Part shown: positions 18,559 to 31,600 of the stretch, one piece after another
Position numbering within the stretch: position 1 is the first letter of the stretch
Layout of the letters: each line of letters starts with the position of its first letter
IMG/VR virus record: IMGVR_UViG_3300022200_000063
Coordinates: 1 to 53,628 of that record
DNA: 53,628 nucleotides
Strand: one strand, 5' to 3'
Source: a virus
Lineage: Duplodnaviria > Caudoviricetes
Program-made: the position numbers and the translations under genes
Notes under the pieces: generated by a model
Database searches by the model: none
What the model saw: the letters and a program-made list of their open reading frames with translations, nothing else
Told to the model about the DNA's origin: nothing

Positions 18559-21500
18559 CTAGTATGCATTATAGGTATCTTCCACTTCTTTAACTTCATC
18601 TACAGTAACTTCTTTATCTTTGAAAGCATTTTTCAAAACATTAAGTCCTGTGATATGTCCTAAACTAAACCAGGAAGATTCTCCTTCTTCGTCTTTTTTC
18701 ATAGTATTATAAATAGGAGAGTCTAATACCTGTTTAATGAAGTTATTCTTTTGATCAGGGAATTGTAGTTCATAAAGATTTTTATAAGCAGGTATTTTCT
18801 TAGTCCACCATTTTGCTGCATGAGATTGGTCTTCGTACATACCTCTCTCATAAACTTCTCCAAAATTAAAAGCTTCTGTAATATCCAAAAGGTCTTTAAT
18901 AGTCTTTACTCCTACTACTGGTTCGTCGATCATTTCCAGTGTTTCTTGCATAGACCAAGATGATTTCTGCTCTAACAGTAATCTATTCATTTGATATGCT
19001 AAAAGTTGCATAGTAAAATCTTCTTTATCGTCATCTGCGGCAATATTTACTAATCCTGATAATATCGAAATAAGTGTCAAGAATAAGAAATCTAATCCTG
19101 CCTTTTTGGCAGCTCTCTTTTCTACATCATTTAAATTTGCCCAAGCCTGCATAAAAGCAAGAGGATTTTTTTGATTCCATATCCCGTCTACTAAATAATT
19201 TTGCCAAATCAATTTACCAAAAGTAGCATTATAAATACCTATTTCTGTTTGACCTGTAGTATACACTACTCGTTCTTTTTTAAATCTAGTATCTATCAAA
19301 TTGATAAACCATCCTCTGTGCATTAGAGGAAAATCCCCCGCTACTGTTCTGCTAAGAGCTCCTTTATCAGTTTCACTTATAGTACCGTCTACTAAATTAG
19401 TAACGTGCTCTACTTGTGAAAAGATTTTATTTTGAATACCTTCTGTAACATATTGACTAAATTCTGGTTTAACTTGAAGTTTTTTGTTAACTACTTCAAA
19501 TGCATTATAGAAACTTTTATCTCTTAACTTACTCCATTCAGAATCTATAACTTTTTTATCTACTCCTTCTTTCTCTTTTAGTTTTGTAAATTCTAATTTA
19601 TTAACAAAATTTCCATTATAAAGTCTATTATTATCTAAAATAGATAAAGTAACTCTTCCTTTAATAGCATAATCAACTGTTTTATAATTTAAGAACAGCA
19701 TATCTTTAGAAATAGCTTCTGAAATAAATTTTGACTTATTTGTATTTTTTAAAGTTTTCGATAATTCTACAACATTTCCTAATTGTAGAAGTAAGTGCAT
19801 TTTATTGTTCTTTTGATGGGATAAAATTTCTGTACTAACTTCTGCAAGATTTTTTATATACTCTATTCTTGCCCATTGCTTACTCTCATTAGTAGAGTAA
19901 ATCCCCACTTGATCTTCTATTATAGAATCTATAGAACCTTTTAAATAACCAGAAACAGATGTTATCAAGTTCATGGCCAAGTTATTAGTTCTAATATAGT
20001 TAGTAAGTTTGTCTACTATTTTACTAGCAGAAAATATTTTATTTCCAATTTTGATTTCAATATCTTTTTTAGCTACTCCATATACATATTGATCTATAAG
20101 TACATCAAGAATTTTATAATCAATGGATTGACTTCCAGAAACTGTTGTGGGTTTTATTTTTCCCTTCCTATATTTAGTCTCTGCAATACCTTTTTGAACT
20201 GTCAGAAGCTCTGGCCCTAGAACATTCATTTGTTTAAAATTCTCAGCCATTTCTGCAAAAATAGTAACACTTCTAGTTAAATCTAAAGAAAGATTATTTG
20301 GATCTGATAGTCTTCTTGTAAAAAAGATAGGAATAACTCTATTGTTAAGTTGCCTCAAATCCCCAAATTGAGTATCATCCTCGTCTCTACTTACTACTTC
20401 TTTAAATCCTTCTGTTGTAACATCTTTAATTTTTTCTAAGAATGATTTATTTTGAGTAGTCATTCTTTCCAAGAATTGTTTTCTAATTCCTGGAATTTTG
20501 TAATAAGCACTCTCTGTCCTATATTCTGCAGGTAATTTATCTGTAGCCTCCTTAATCTTACTTAATAATAAGTCATAATAATTTTTTACTGCAGGAACTT
20601 TCATCAATTCTTTAAATCTAGGATTTTCTGCTTTTGGCATTACTATTGTATTACCATTACTATCCTTTACTTTAATAGTATTTTCATCAAAAAACTTTTC
20701 AAAAGTTTCTTTGTATACTTTAAGTTCTGATGGAGACAAACTGGCTTTGTTTATTTCAGAAAAATCTTCTGCTCCAAGAGTTTTAGCTAAACTTTCTTGA
20801 ACTTTTCTAAGTTTCTCAAAATATCCAGAATAATCCTTTTCTCTAATTAAGTATTGAGAAGGTACCCCATTTTCACCTAACTCAACTAAATCTTCTACTT
20901 TGTACCCAGCCGCCTCAAGTTCTGCTTGTGCCTGCAGTAATTCATTAGAAACTCCTACGGCATATCTTCTTACTTTTTTAATAGAATCTGATATAAGTTT
21001 ATGGACTGCTCGGATTACACTACTTTTAGCAAATTTGTAATTTCCTACGTAAAATCTCCACCAAGAAGCATCTTCATCGACTATTACATCTTCTGCCTCA
21101 GGATCAAAATCAGGGTCTATAATATTACCAGCAGCATCAGTATTAGCTCTTTTTAAAGCATTGATTCTGATTTGTTTAATGTGTTTACGATTTTCTGTAT
21201 TAATATTATTAATTCTTTTTTGAATTTCTTCTATCTCGAATTTTAGATTAAAATTTTCTATACTTTCTATACCTTCTAATGTTTGATTCTTCAACTCATT
21301 ACCAAAATCATTAAAAAGTACGCTATACATGATAGTAAAATTTTCTATCATATTAGAAATATCTGCAGGTAGTAATTTATTGTTATTTTTATATTTTTCA
21401 AAAATATTTTCTAATTGCTTGAGTTCTGCAGAAGCGGTTTGGAGTACATTTAAAACAGCTGCATCAAACTGACTTTTATTGATTTTATCTTTTAAAGTTT

Positions 21501-22665
21501 TCGTTTGCAATGCTAAGAATTCTGTAGCCTTTTTACTTTTAGACTGTTTTAATAGATCCGCTAATCTATTTTCCATCTGCTCAACAGCTTTATTTAAAAA
21601 AGTTATTTTTTGTTTTTTATCAGCCTCTTCTCCTACACCTCCAGGATAACTATAATCTTCTGTTAGTTGGAAATAATTAGTAGAATCTTCTACTATAGCA
21701 TCTTCTATAGTCTCTCCTTTTAAAATAGATTCTGCTATAGGAAGCATTTCTTTTTTAATACTATCAACAGCTTTTTGATCTTTCTTAATACTACTAATCT
21801 TTCTCCAAAATCTATTAAAAATAGCTTTTAGATAAGCTAAGATTCCTTTATTATTATTATTTTCTTGGAAATTAGTTACAATAACTTTAGCCAATATTTT
21901 ACCCAAAGCTTCTTTTCTAAACTGACTTTCTTTAGTATAAACATTTTTATAATCTTCCTTAACTGTTGTGTATTCTTCAGTATTTACTACAGTATCTAAA
22001 GCTTTTTTTACAGAAGGATCTTTTGACATAAAGGCAATAGCAAAATGGGCTACCTCCTCTGCCATAGTATCCAACTTTTCTTTAGTAGGATCTATACCTA
22101 TTATTTTGTCGAGCATCATCGCTACTCCAGCGGCTCCCTCAAAGACATCACCAATACTAGAAAATCTTTTAGAAAGTTCTCTAATATCCTCAATAGCAAT
22201 TCCATTATTTATTGCCCAGGATTCCAATAAATTATTTAAAGTTTGATTAGGACCTTTTTTTTCCAAAGATTCTAATTGAAATTGCGGAGCTTCTACAGTA
22301 ATATAATAATCCCCTAATTGTTTTCCAGGAGCGGGAATAGCTTGTTTTAAAGCTAAGGCTTTATATCCCATTGATTTATTATAATCTCCTACTAATTTTA
22401 AAACTTCTCCGTAACGCTGTGGATTAATAAATCCTTTAGCATTAGCATTTACTTTTTTCAGTATGCTTTTCTTAGCCTGTTGTGGATTCTCTTTTATTAC
22501 GTTTCCTTTATTTAAATAATCCTTTATTTGTTTGGCTGTTGGAAAAAGAGTAGCTTGTCCTGAGTTAACTAATTCGTTAACTATTCCTGCAAGAAGGTCT
22601 GATGGAATATTAGTTTCCTTTAATAATTTTTGAAAATCTGGATGTGATATGTTAAGACAAGACAT
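18559..22665 (-). CDS. Large virion cargo/ejection protein with a degenerate zincin-like motif
   Basis: 1368 aa, helical, immediately downstream of the virion RNAP; EEVAH..EALG motif; hydrophobic segment near the C-terminus; only Cys at residue 3. Confidence 0.7.
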   Translation of the reverse strand: MSCLNISHPDFQKLLKETNIPSDLLAGIVNELVNSGQATLFPTAKQIKDYLNKGNVIKENPQQAKKSILKKVNANAKGFINPQRYGEVLKLVGDYNKSMGYKALALKQAIPAPGKQLGDYYITVEAPQFQLESLEKKGPNQTLNNLLESWAINNGIAIEDIRELSKRFSSIGDVFEGAAGVAMMLDKIIGIDPTKEKLDTMAEEVAHFAIAFMSKDPSVKKALDTVVNTEEYTTVKEDYKNVYTKESQFRKEALGKILAKVIVTNFQENNNNKGILAYLKAIFNRFWRKISSIKKDQKAVDSIKKEMLPIAESILKGETIEDAIVEDSTNYFQLTEDYSYPGGVGEEADKKQKITFLNKAVEQMENRLADLLKQSKSKKATEFLALQTKTLKDKINKSQFDAAVLNVLQTASAELKQLENIFEKYKNNNKLLPADISNMIENFTIMYSVLFNDFGNELKNQTLEGIESIENFNLKFEIEEIQKRINNINTENRKHIKQIRINALKRANTDAAGNIIDPDFDPEAEDVIVDEDASWWRFYVGNYKFAKSSVIRAVHKLISDSIKKVRRYAVGVSNELLQAQAELEAAGYKVEDLVELGENGVPSQYLIREKDYSGYFEKLRKVQESLAKTLGAEDFSEINKASLSPSELKVYKETFEKFFDENTIKVKDSNGNTIVMPKAENPRFKELMKVPAVKNYYDLLLSKIKEATDKLPAEYRTESAYYKIPGIRKQFLERMTTQNKSFLEKIKDVTTEGFKEVVSRDEDDTQFGDLRQLNNRVIPIFFTRRLSDPNNLSLDLTRSVTIFAEMAENFKQMNVLGPELLTVQKGIAETKYRKGKIKPTTVSGSQSIDYKILDVLIDQYVYGVAKKDIEIKIGNKIFSASKIVDKLTNYIRTNNLAMNLITSVSGYLKGSIDSIIEDQVGIYSTNESKQWARIEYIKNLAEVSTEILSHQKNNKMHLLLQLGNVVELSKTLKNTNKSKFISEAISKDMLFLNYKTVDYAIKGRVTLSILDNNRLYNGNFVNKLEFTKLKEKEGVDKKVIDSEWSKLRDKSFYNAFEVVNKKLQVKPEFSQYVTEGIQNKIFSQVEHVTNLVDGTISETDKGALSRTVAGDFPLMHRGWFINLIDTRFKKERVVYTTGQTEIGIYNATFGKLIWQNYLVDGIWNQKNPLAFMQAWANLNDVEKRAAKKAGLDFLFLTLISILSGLVNIAADDDKEDFTMQLLAYQMNRLLLEQKSSWSMQETLEMIDEPVVGVKTIKDLLDITEAFNFGEVYERGMYEDQSHAAKWWTKKIPAYKNLYELQFPDQKNNFIKQVLDSPIYNTMKKDEEGESSWFSLGHITGLNVLKNAFKDKEVTVDEVKEVEDTYNAY

Positions 22666-22666
22666 A

Positions 22667-25600
22667 TTAACAATTATTTAAATGCTTTAAAGTTTCGATT
22701 CTTGCTCCTAAAGGCATACTTTCAAAGACTTCCTTACTAACTTTAATAGTTTCTCCTTTAGCTTGATTCAAAATTACATATTTCTCATAAGAAGGATCTT
22801 TAATAATCTCTGCTATAGGTAAGATACCTTCTCTTAATTCTGGTGTTATAACAGGGGCTTCTCCAGGATCTTCTTCTGATAGAGCTTTTATTATTTTAAT
22901 ATTTGGAATATCTATATCAGGAAGATAAGCAAAAGGATCCGATGTTCCTGGTACATCTATATCAGGTAGATGAGCAAAAGGGTCCGATATTTCTGGTATA
23001 TCTATATCAGGTAAATTATTAAGACTATTTAAACTTCCTTCTATAGCTGTAAACTCTTCATTATTCATTCCTAAAACAGGAGTTGAGGTAGAATTCTTTA
23101 ATTTAAGAGTTACAGATTCTGTGATATCATTAAACATATTATACTCTACAGCAAAAAGAGAAGTTCCTAAAAGATTAATCTTAGTATAAAGCACGTGTCT
23201 TTCGCCTTCCTCTACTTTCTGATAAAGTTCTACCTTACCAGACTTGTTGCTAGTTTTGATAAATTTAGGAAAATTAAAGATACCATCTGCATCTTGTACT
23301 TGAATATTTCTAAAAGTAGCTTTATTTAATTTTAAAATTCCCTCCGAAGTCTGATGTTTTCTCCATCCTCTTACATCCTCTTTTTCTCCTGCAAACCTTA
23401 CGTTATCAGGAATACCTGTAGTATTATGAATAGCTAAAAAGGCCTGGTTAAATTTATCATCTTCAAAACGAACGTAATGGAGACTTTTAGAAACATGGAA
23501 AAGTTTTTTAGGATTTTGACGAGCTACGTCCATTAACTTTTGTAATTCATTAATATATCCTTCAAGTGTTTCTGCTTTTCTTACTCCATATTGATTAGCT
23601 TTTCCTAGAGGAGTTATCTTTCCTACATTAGGACCATCTAAAACTATTTGTACATCCATATTTCCAAAGTCTTTAACTTGTGGACTGAACAGAATACTTT
23701 CTGTAGTAGAAATGTTAGGAATCATTAATGATTTTTCTCCTGTATTCTGTACAAATTGCTTTTCAAATCTTTCTAATAAAGTAGTATCCCCCCCTTCAAT
23801 AGCAGCTAGTCCTGCTTCAATATGCTGGTTAAAACTTCTGTTTCCTCTACTCGGATCAGTTAATTCTAAATGTGGGTAATTTCTAGCAAATTTGTCAGTA
23901 AACATTATTTCTGGAACCAAATGGAAGAAAGTGTATGGTCCAAAATTAAATCCTGAAGAAAAGAAAGTATATTTTACTAAATCCATAGCTAATTTATGAA
24001 CAGCTGGGTCTGGACTAATTAGCATTTCATACCAAAGTCTTTTATAGTTGATGATATCTTGAGCGTTCTTACCTGTAGTATAGAAGCTGATTCTTTTTAT
24101 TGGAATCTTGTTATTAGCAGATTCAATATTAAGTTGTTCTAAAAATGGAATAAAAGGAGAATCAGGATTATTAGCTATAAAATCTCTCAAATTATCAGGC
24201 GTATCTTTAAGTACACTTTCTGCTTGATTATATTTAAAAGTAGGGAATCCAGAAGCTAGGAATGAAATCATCCCAGCATCAATACTGTTAGCCTCTTTTT
24301 CTGAAATACTGTAAATAGAATCTTTCATGTTAGAGAACCTAACCTTCAATCTTCCTAACTGAGATAATTTTATGGTATTATCCGATTTCAGTCTTCCAAT
24401 TGCAGGGAAAATTTCATTCATAATATCTATAAATTCTCTCCATCCATACTGAGTAAATGCAGCATTAATATGAACTCCCTCTTCTTTTTCTATCAAAAAG
24501 TCTTTTACTCCTAAAATAGGATACTCAGGATTATTTAAAATCTTAGATTGTTTATACATCTTAGAAAAAGCTGCTCCATGTGTAGGACCAGGACCACTTG
24601 TATCTGTTTTTGTAGCTCTTGTTACTTCTCCTAATTTTCCAGAAATATTTAAAATCTCTTCAAAAAGAGAAAGTACTTTATATTGATCCAAGAAATATTT
24701 GGCTTCAGTTCCTTTTACCAAAGAGTCTTGTAATTCTTCCAAACTGATGTCTACAATATTCTCATCAATAGTATTAAACTCTTCTTCAGAAATATTAAAC
24801 GATTTTTGAATCTTAGCTTTCAAGTCTTTCTTAATTCTCGCAAAGCTGGCATTACTTTCTTTCAGACTACCTTTAGCTTTGAAATAAGCATTAGTAACTT
24901 CCAGTATAATTGGCTGATTGATAAAGGTGAATGTATATTCTGATTCTACACCTAATCGAAGCATAGTAGCTATGATATCAGCTGTGTAAGTATTCATATT
25001 AAGATAAGAAGCAATAGGGTCTTTAGCATTATCCACTACTGCTGCAATAAGGTTTGCTAATGATTTAGAAATTCTTATCTTACCTGATTTAGTGTCGGAA
25101 TAAATTTTATTTAAATCTTGATACTCAACACCATTGATATAAATAGGAGTTCTTAATTTTAATTGAGAAAGTTGAGCTTTAGCATGGTGAACGTTATGGT
25201 TAGCAAAAATACCAATCAAATCGTTACCTGTCATATTTCTAACAAACAACTCTCTCTGAGTGGAAGGATAGTTAATATTAAAATCTATATCTTCTAGTCT
25301 ATCTATTAATTTTTTAAGAGCGTCTTGATAGTCATTAATGGTTATTTTCCCTGTACTATAATCACTGAATAACGCTAATGCTTCTTTTTTAAGCTCAGCT
25401 TTAGGTCCTTTTTTATCGCTTATTTTAAGTAGTCTTAATTTACTACCCAAAGCTTTTTCTTCAGCAAATCCTCCTGGATCTAATATAGACACTGCAGTAT
25501 TCCTATTTTTAAGAATACTCTTTACAATTTCCATTAAGCGGTTATCCCTTGATTTCTTTCCTTGAATGTCTGAGGCTTTTACAGAAACTCCTTCTAAACT

Positions 25601-28600
25601 TTCTACAATTGCATCTTTAATAGTATTAATTAATTGATTAGCTCGTGCTATAGATTCGTTATAAGGAATAAATGTTTCTAGTTCTGTTACTTTTTCATAA
25701 AGCAATTCTTGAAGAGCTTCTTTTTGTTTATTAGATTTTGCTTTTTCTATTTGTGCAGAAAGATTTTCTATCTCTAATTGTAATAATTTCTGCTCAGACT
25801 TCTCTTCGAAAGCTTGTTTCCTATAATCAAAAAGATTAATACGATTCTGTAGAATCTCTTCTACTGATAAAGTAACATTTTTAGTAGAAACTCCTTCAGG
25901 CAAATACGTTGTTAAGAATTTTTCTAGTCCTCTTAAGTCTCTGAAAATATGATCTACAATCTCTTTCTTACTACTGTTAGCACTTAAAGGTTTAATGTAT
26001 ACAGCTTGTTTTTTCCCATCTTTCTCTACTACATAGAAATTAGGAATCATCATAAATAATTTATCAATATCAAAGTCAAGACCTGCTATGGTAACAGCTT
26101 CTGGTGGAAGAATTAAGGTTCCTCCTTGTGCAGGATCTGTAAATCCTTTTACTCTGATATTAAACATAGAATATTTATCCTCTGTTGGAATACGATAACC
26201 TATTATTTCTAAAAGTTGTTCAGGAAGAACAGATAAATCCACTTCTCCATTAGGTAATTGAGGAAAGAATTTTTTACTCCACCAAGGAAGTAAAGCTTGA
26301 TATGTAATAGCTCCAGTTTTTGAATCTACTTCTATTTTTAAATCATCACTAATTCCAAAACCAGTGGTGTTAATCATATTACCACCATTAATCTTTTGTT
26401 TAATAATTCTATTATTAACAAAAGAATACATTAAGTTCTGAACTTTAATGTTTAATGATGGATGCCATAGAGGTAGGGCAGTAGTTGTCTTATTTGGATT
26501 AAGGTAATGAGGTATTAATTCTAAAGCCTCTAAATATCCAGGATCCATATTACGATCTTCTATCTCTCTTCTTAGAAACTCTACTAATTTTTCTAGACTA
26601 AAATTGCCATCCTTATCTTTAAATATTTTACGAACTCCTTCTGCAGATTCTTTAATATTGGCTACAATTAAATCTTGATATTCCTGGGCAAGTTCTCTAC
26701 CAGTTATTTTTTTACCGTTTCCATCTTCATAAATAGCATCAAAATCTAAATCAGCTATAATCAAATTTCTAATCTGCGAACCATAATTACCTATCTCATC
26801 TACATAGTGAGGAGGAGTCTCGTTTTGCAGTTTCCAGTCTTCTTGCTTTAGCGTAATTACTTCTGCTTCTTCGTTTAAAATGTAATTTCCAGAAGCGTCT
26901 TTTGTTAAATTATTTTTAATAGGTTCTCCTGATTCGTTTAATCCTGAAAACAGTCCTCCTACTTTAATAGCAGACTCAAAAACTATAGCATTAACTTCAT
27001 GTTCAGAACCATCTTTATGAGTTATTCCGTTTTCTAGAATTTCATATGCTTTCGCAAGTTTTGGGTATTTTAAATTTCCGTTTACATCTTTTCTCTCGGC
27101 CATTGCTCTAGTGAGTAGTACCTCTGAGTTTTTAACTTGTACAGGTACTATTGTTCCATCTATATTTATTTTAGTAAACATGAATGGTTTGATAGGAGGG
27201 AACAATGCTATATCATCAATACTTTCTACACCTTCTCTTATACGTACAGCCGCATCTCGGTGAGCTTGGGTAGTACGGTTCATACTATCTAAAATATCTA
27301 AATATCTTTCGATACTTATGTATGTAGCACCATCTGAATTATTATTACCTCTTTCTTTTGTACCTAAGTCTTTCCAAATACTTAATAAAGCTGCTTTCTT
27401 TTGAGGATTTAAATTTTTATCAGACATAATAAGTTCTGATATAGCTTTTACAGTTTCTTCTTCAGTAGGTACTATCTCATCTTCTAATATTAGAATATTA
27501 TAATCATTAACTACTTTAGTATCAGTATAACTACCAGGGCTAATTACTTGTTTAAATCTTTTCTGAAAATCTTCTGTATTCTTATAAAATGCAGGATCTC
27601 CAGCGAGAATAGTGTTGAGTTCTATATTAGTATAGAAAGTATTTAGTAAATAATTATCATAAAATTGTTTTTTATCTTTAATAGCATTACTGATCAACTC
27701 TTCTTCAAAACGAAGAGCTCCTTTATCATAATACAGAATTCCTTTTTCTTCTGCTTTTTGATATTCATTTGCTAAATACGTATTAAAAATATAGCTTTCT
27801 ATCTCTGAGCGTAATAGCCCTTCTTCTGTTTGTAATTCTTCTAGCGAATATTTAGAAGAATTTAAAAAAGATAGATTTACGAATTTAGTTCCATTTTCAA
27901 CATAGTTAGGAATAAAATTGAGTTTATGATTGTCAGGAATATTTTTTAATTTATTTATCCTAGCAATCTCTCCTAAAGCTAACTCTACTAAGTTGTCTAT
28001 AATTTGTTCATTAGTATATCTTCTGGCTTTTACAAAAGGTATATTGGTACTATTAGAAGGAATAGGAAGTTTGTAAAAACTGAACCCCTCCTCTTTTAGT
28101 CTTTCTTCTTTCGCATTATTTTGAAAAAACGCCAAACAAACAGCTTCTAATTCTGCAGGAGAAAGTTCGTCATATGGAATAGAATAGAACTTACCTTGTC
28201 TAGAAAGTGATTCAAACATCGCCACAGTAAGTCCTTCTTCCGAAGTAGAGAATGTTTTTAATTCTCCAGTCTCCATATCAAAAATATCGTTTATCATTGG
28301 AGATTTTGATAGAATAGGATCTTGTCTTATTTCTTCCCAAAATGCTTTAGCTTCTCTAGGATTAGTAAGTTTACTGAATAATTTATTTAAATAATTACTG
28401 TATTGAACTGTGTACTTTGTTTTATTATTAGAATCTCTAAAGGCCATATTCACATGAGTCTCTAATCCTAATTTAAGAGCCGCAGCTAAGCCAGCCACGG
28501 GACTTCCTATAGCAGTTTGATTCTCTCCTGAATCTGATTTTTTAATTTCCAAGAATGGATTCTGCCCTTCAGATAATTTTTGAAGAATGTCTTCAACTCT

Positions 28601-31600
28601 ATTTAAAACTTTGTGTACTCTTTTTACACTAGGAGAAACATCTGTTCTTACAGGTGCCCAAGTGTCTACTAATTGTTTAGTGGTTATTGGTAATTCTATA
28701 CTATAAAGAAATTCTGATATTTTTCCCAGTTCTGTAATAATAGTATCTTTCCCTCTAGCATTATCGAAATTTGTTCTTATTTCCTTGAACTCTGCAAGTT
28801 TTTGTAACGCAAATTCTTTATCAATAGAGGTAAAATCTTTTTGTCCTGATAACGGGCCTGATGTATGATTATTGAAAAATTTAGATTTGTGATTTAAGAA
28901 ATTGGCTATTAGGAAATCCTCAATAATCTTACCAATAGTTTTTCTGTTTTTATTAAATATACGATAGTGTCCTTTTTCATAATAAACTGTCATGTAGTTT
29001 ATATTTGACTTAGACGCTAATGTTACATACAAATCAACTACTAATCCATAATTAGATTGTAGTTTATCTAGAAGTTGAGGAATAAAATCTCTTTCATTTT
29101 TAATAGCTTCTAATTTTTCAAACATGTCCTCAACACTTGTAGAATTAGTAATCCTTTGAGACAAGAATGAGAACACCTCGTTTCCTGCAAAAGTCTCTCT
29201 TGCTCCAAATCTGTTTAGTAGAGGATTTCCATTTTTAGGATTAACTTTATAGAAGTTATTAAAGATTCTTTTCAGAGTTTGACTCATAGTGGTTCTTGGA
29301 TCGAACTCTGCTATATCTCTTTGCCAATTTTCTAAATCTCCTAATTTATTTTCATTATCTTCATCAGTTTCTTGTGGCTCTGTTCTATCCTCTACTAAGC
29401 CTACAGCAGAGGATAAATCCTTAATTATAATGCCATCTTCTGATTTAAGAGTTCTTAAAAAAGCCTGCATCAAAGGCATAGATTCTAAATCTACAGGAAT
29501 TAGATAAGTACCATCTGGACCTTTAACAGTTTCAAATACTTCTGGACTAAAAGAGATTTGTCCTCCTTCTCTAAAAATTACTCCTAATTCTGAAGCTAAT
29601 TGTTTAAACAACTCACTATTAGGTTTTAACTTATTCTTTCCATAAGTCTTTACTATTCTTGTAATAGTTTTTCCTAAGAGAACTCTAGGGCCTACTTTGG
29701 AAATAATATCAGGATCATTTAATCCTGCAAAACTCTGCTCTTCTAAACTTTTTAAAAGATCAGCTTCTTTAATAGAATTTATTTCCGCAAAGAAAGTCTG
29801 TTTAATATATTCAATAGCTTCTTTTTCTAGACGAATATCGGTAAAACTTGAATAAACTTTACTGATACTACTTGCTCTCATACTTTCAAATTCAGATGTA
29901 TCTGTATTTTTAAAAGTAATTGTATCCTTATATTTTCCAAATTGAATATCGGAAAATAGAGATTCTATAGATATAGTAGCTTTATTATTAAATAATGTTT
30001 TAATTAGTCTAAAGATATTCTTGAAGAAATCTGTTACTCTTTGTCCAAAAGTTTTAGGTCCTTCTTGTTTCTTAAAATCTAAAGTTCCATCAGATTGAAC
30101 ATATTCCATAAACTTATCTGCCAAAAGTTCTTCTACTTCTAGATAAGTAGGATTTTCACTCAATTCTGATTTAAATAATTCTTTAGCTTCTTTTAAAATT
30201 AAAATTCTTTCTTCTTTAGATAAAGCTAAATTAAAAACTACGTGAAAAGCCTCATGATAAGCTGTTCCTGCAAAAGCGTTATTTTTTAAATAAAGTCCTG
30301 CTTTTGTAAATAATCCTTGTAAAGAGCCAGGTTGTTTGGCTAAATTTCTTAGATACTCAAATCCTTTAGGACTTAGGTATTCTCTAAGTTCCTCTTCGGA
30401 TTCAAACATTGTAATCTTATCCCTAACAGCTTTTCCAAGTTTATCTTGAATCCATTGAAGTTCTTTTTCTTTATCCCAATGCTCTCCTATAGTAGTAGTC
30501 CTTGCTTTAGGATTATCATCGTTAGCAGAGAAATCTACGTCATCTGCCTCTCCTCCTAAGTCTTCGGTGTTCAACACTTGTCCAGTAGCTTCTGCAACTA
30601 AGTCAGCAGACTTACTAGCAGTTCCTCCTAATTCAGGAAGATCAATATCAGGAAGCTCTGTTAACAGTGCGAAATCTCCAACTTCTTCATCAATAGGTCC
30701 CTGTGTTTTTAAAGGAGCAACTTTTTTATCTTCATTCTGTTTTTTAGTAATAGTTTTAAACTCTGCTACATCAGAAATTTTAAAAAATTCGTTTCTTGCA
30801 GAATTCTTTTCTTCATTACTAATTTCGGCAGGAGTATTTTCTATAATATTACTTTGAGGTTTTCTTGCTTGTGTATATGCTTCAATTTTATAAACTTCTA
30901 TTTGGTTTCCTTCTATAACAGCATATACTTTAGCTTTTTTATTAGTATTAGGTATACTAACCTCTCTACTAATAATAATAGCAAGTTCATCTATAGGACT
31001 AGCAAAAGCTCTAGATTCTCCTTTTTTATTTTTTTGATCTTCTACTTCTTTTTTAGCCATTTCGTTTATGGCTGCTTTTTTGGAAGCCTCTTCTTCTTTT
31101 GCCTTAGAGATTTGCTTCTTAATGCTTTCTAAAATTTCAGGAGTATACTTACTAAAATCTTTTGTATCTAATACAAATCCAGAACTATTAAAGAAGTTTC
31201 CGTTTTCTTGATAAAGATCTGTTGTGAAGAATCCATCATCAGCATATTTTTCATTTTGACCTTTTTTATTAATTTCAAAATAGTTTATTCTAGCAAGCTT
31301 GCCAGGAGTAGACATTTTGCCTTCCTGATTTCTTTCTCCTATATATTTACCATCTTTATAAGTTCCTAAAATAATTGTATTAAGTTCTTCAGGGCGATTG
31401 GCTATCTCTTCTTTAATTGTACCATCTGCTTGAGCAGTTCTTACAATAATAGTATTTCCTTCTTTTTCAAAGGAAACTTTATACATATTTTTTTCTAATT
31501 TCTTTTTAGCTTTTGTAAAAGCATCTCCTTCTAAAGTAAAAAGTAATTTTAATTGATTCTCAATCTGTTTAGCTATTTTAGTTTCTCCTAAAAAAGAGTT

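Noticed and set aside
22905-23014. CRISPR-like or DGR repeat
   Set aside because: The period is 45 nt, in frame, with variation concentrated at codon third positions; there are no unique spacers and no cas or reverse transcriptase gene in the window.
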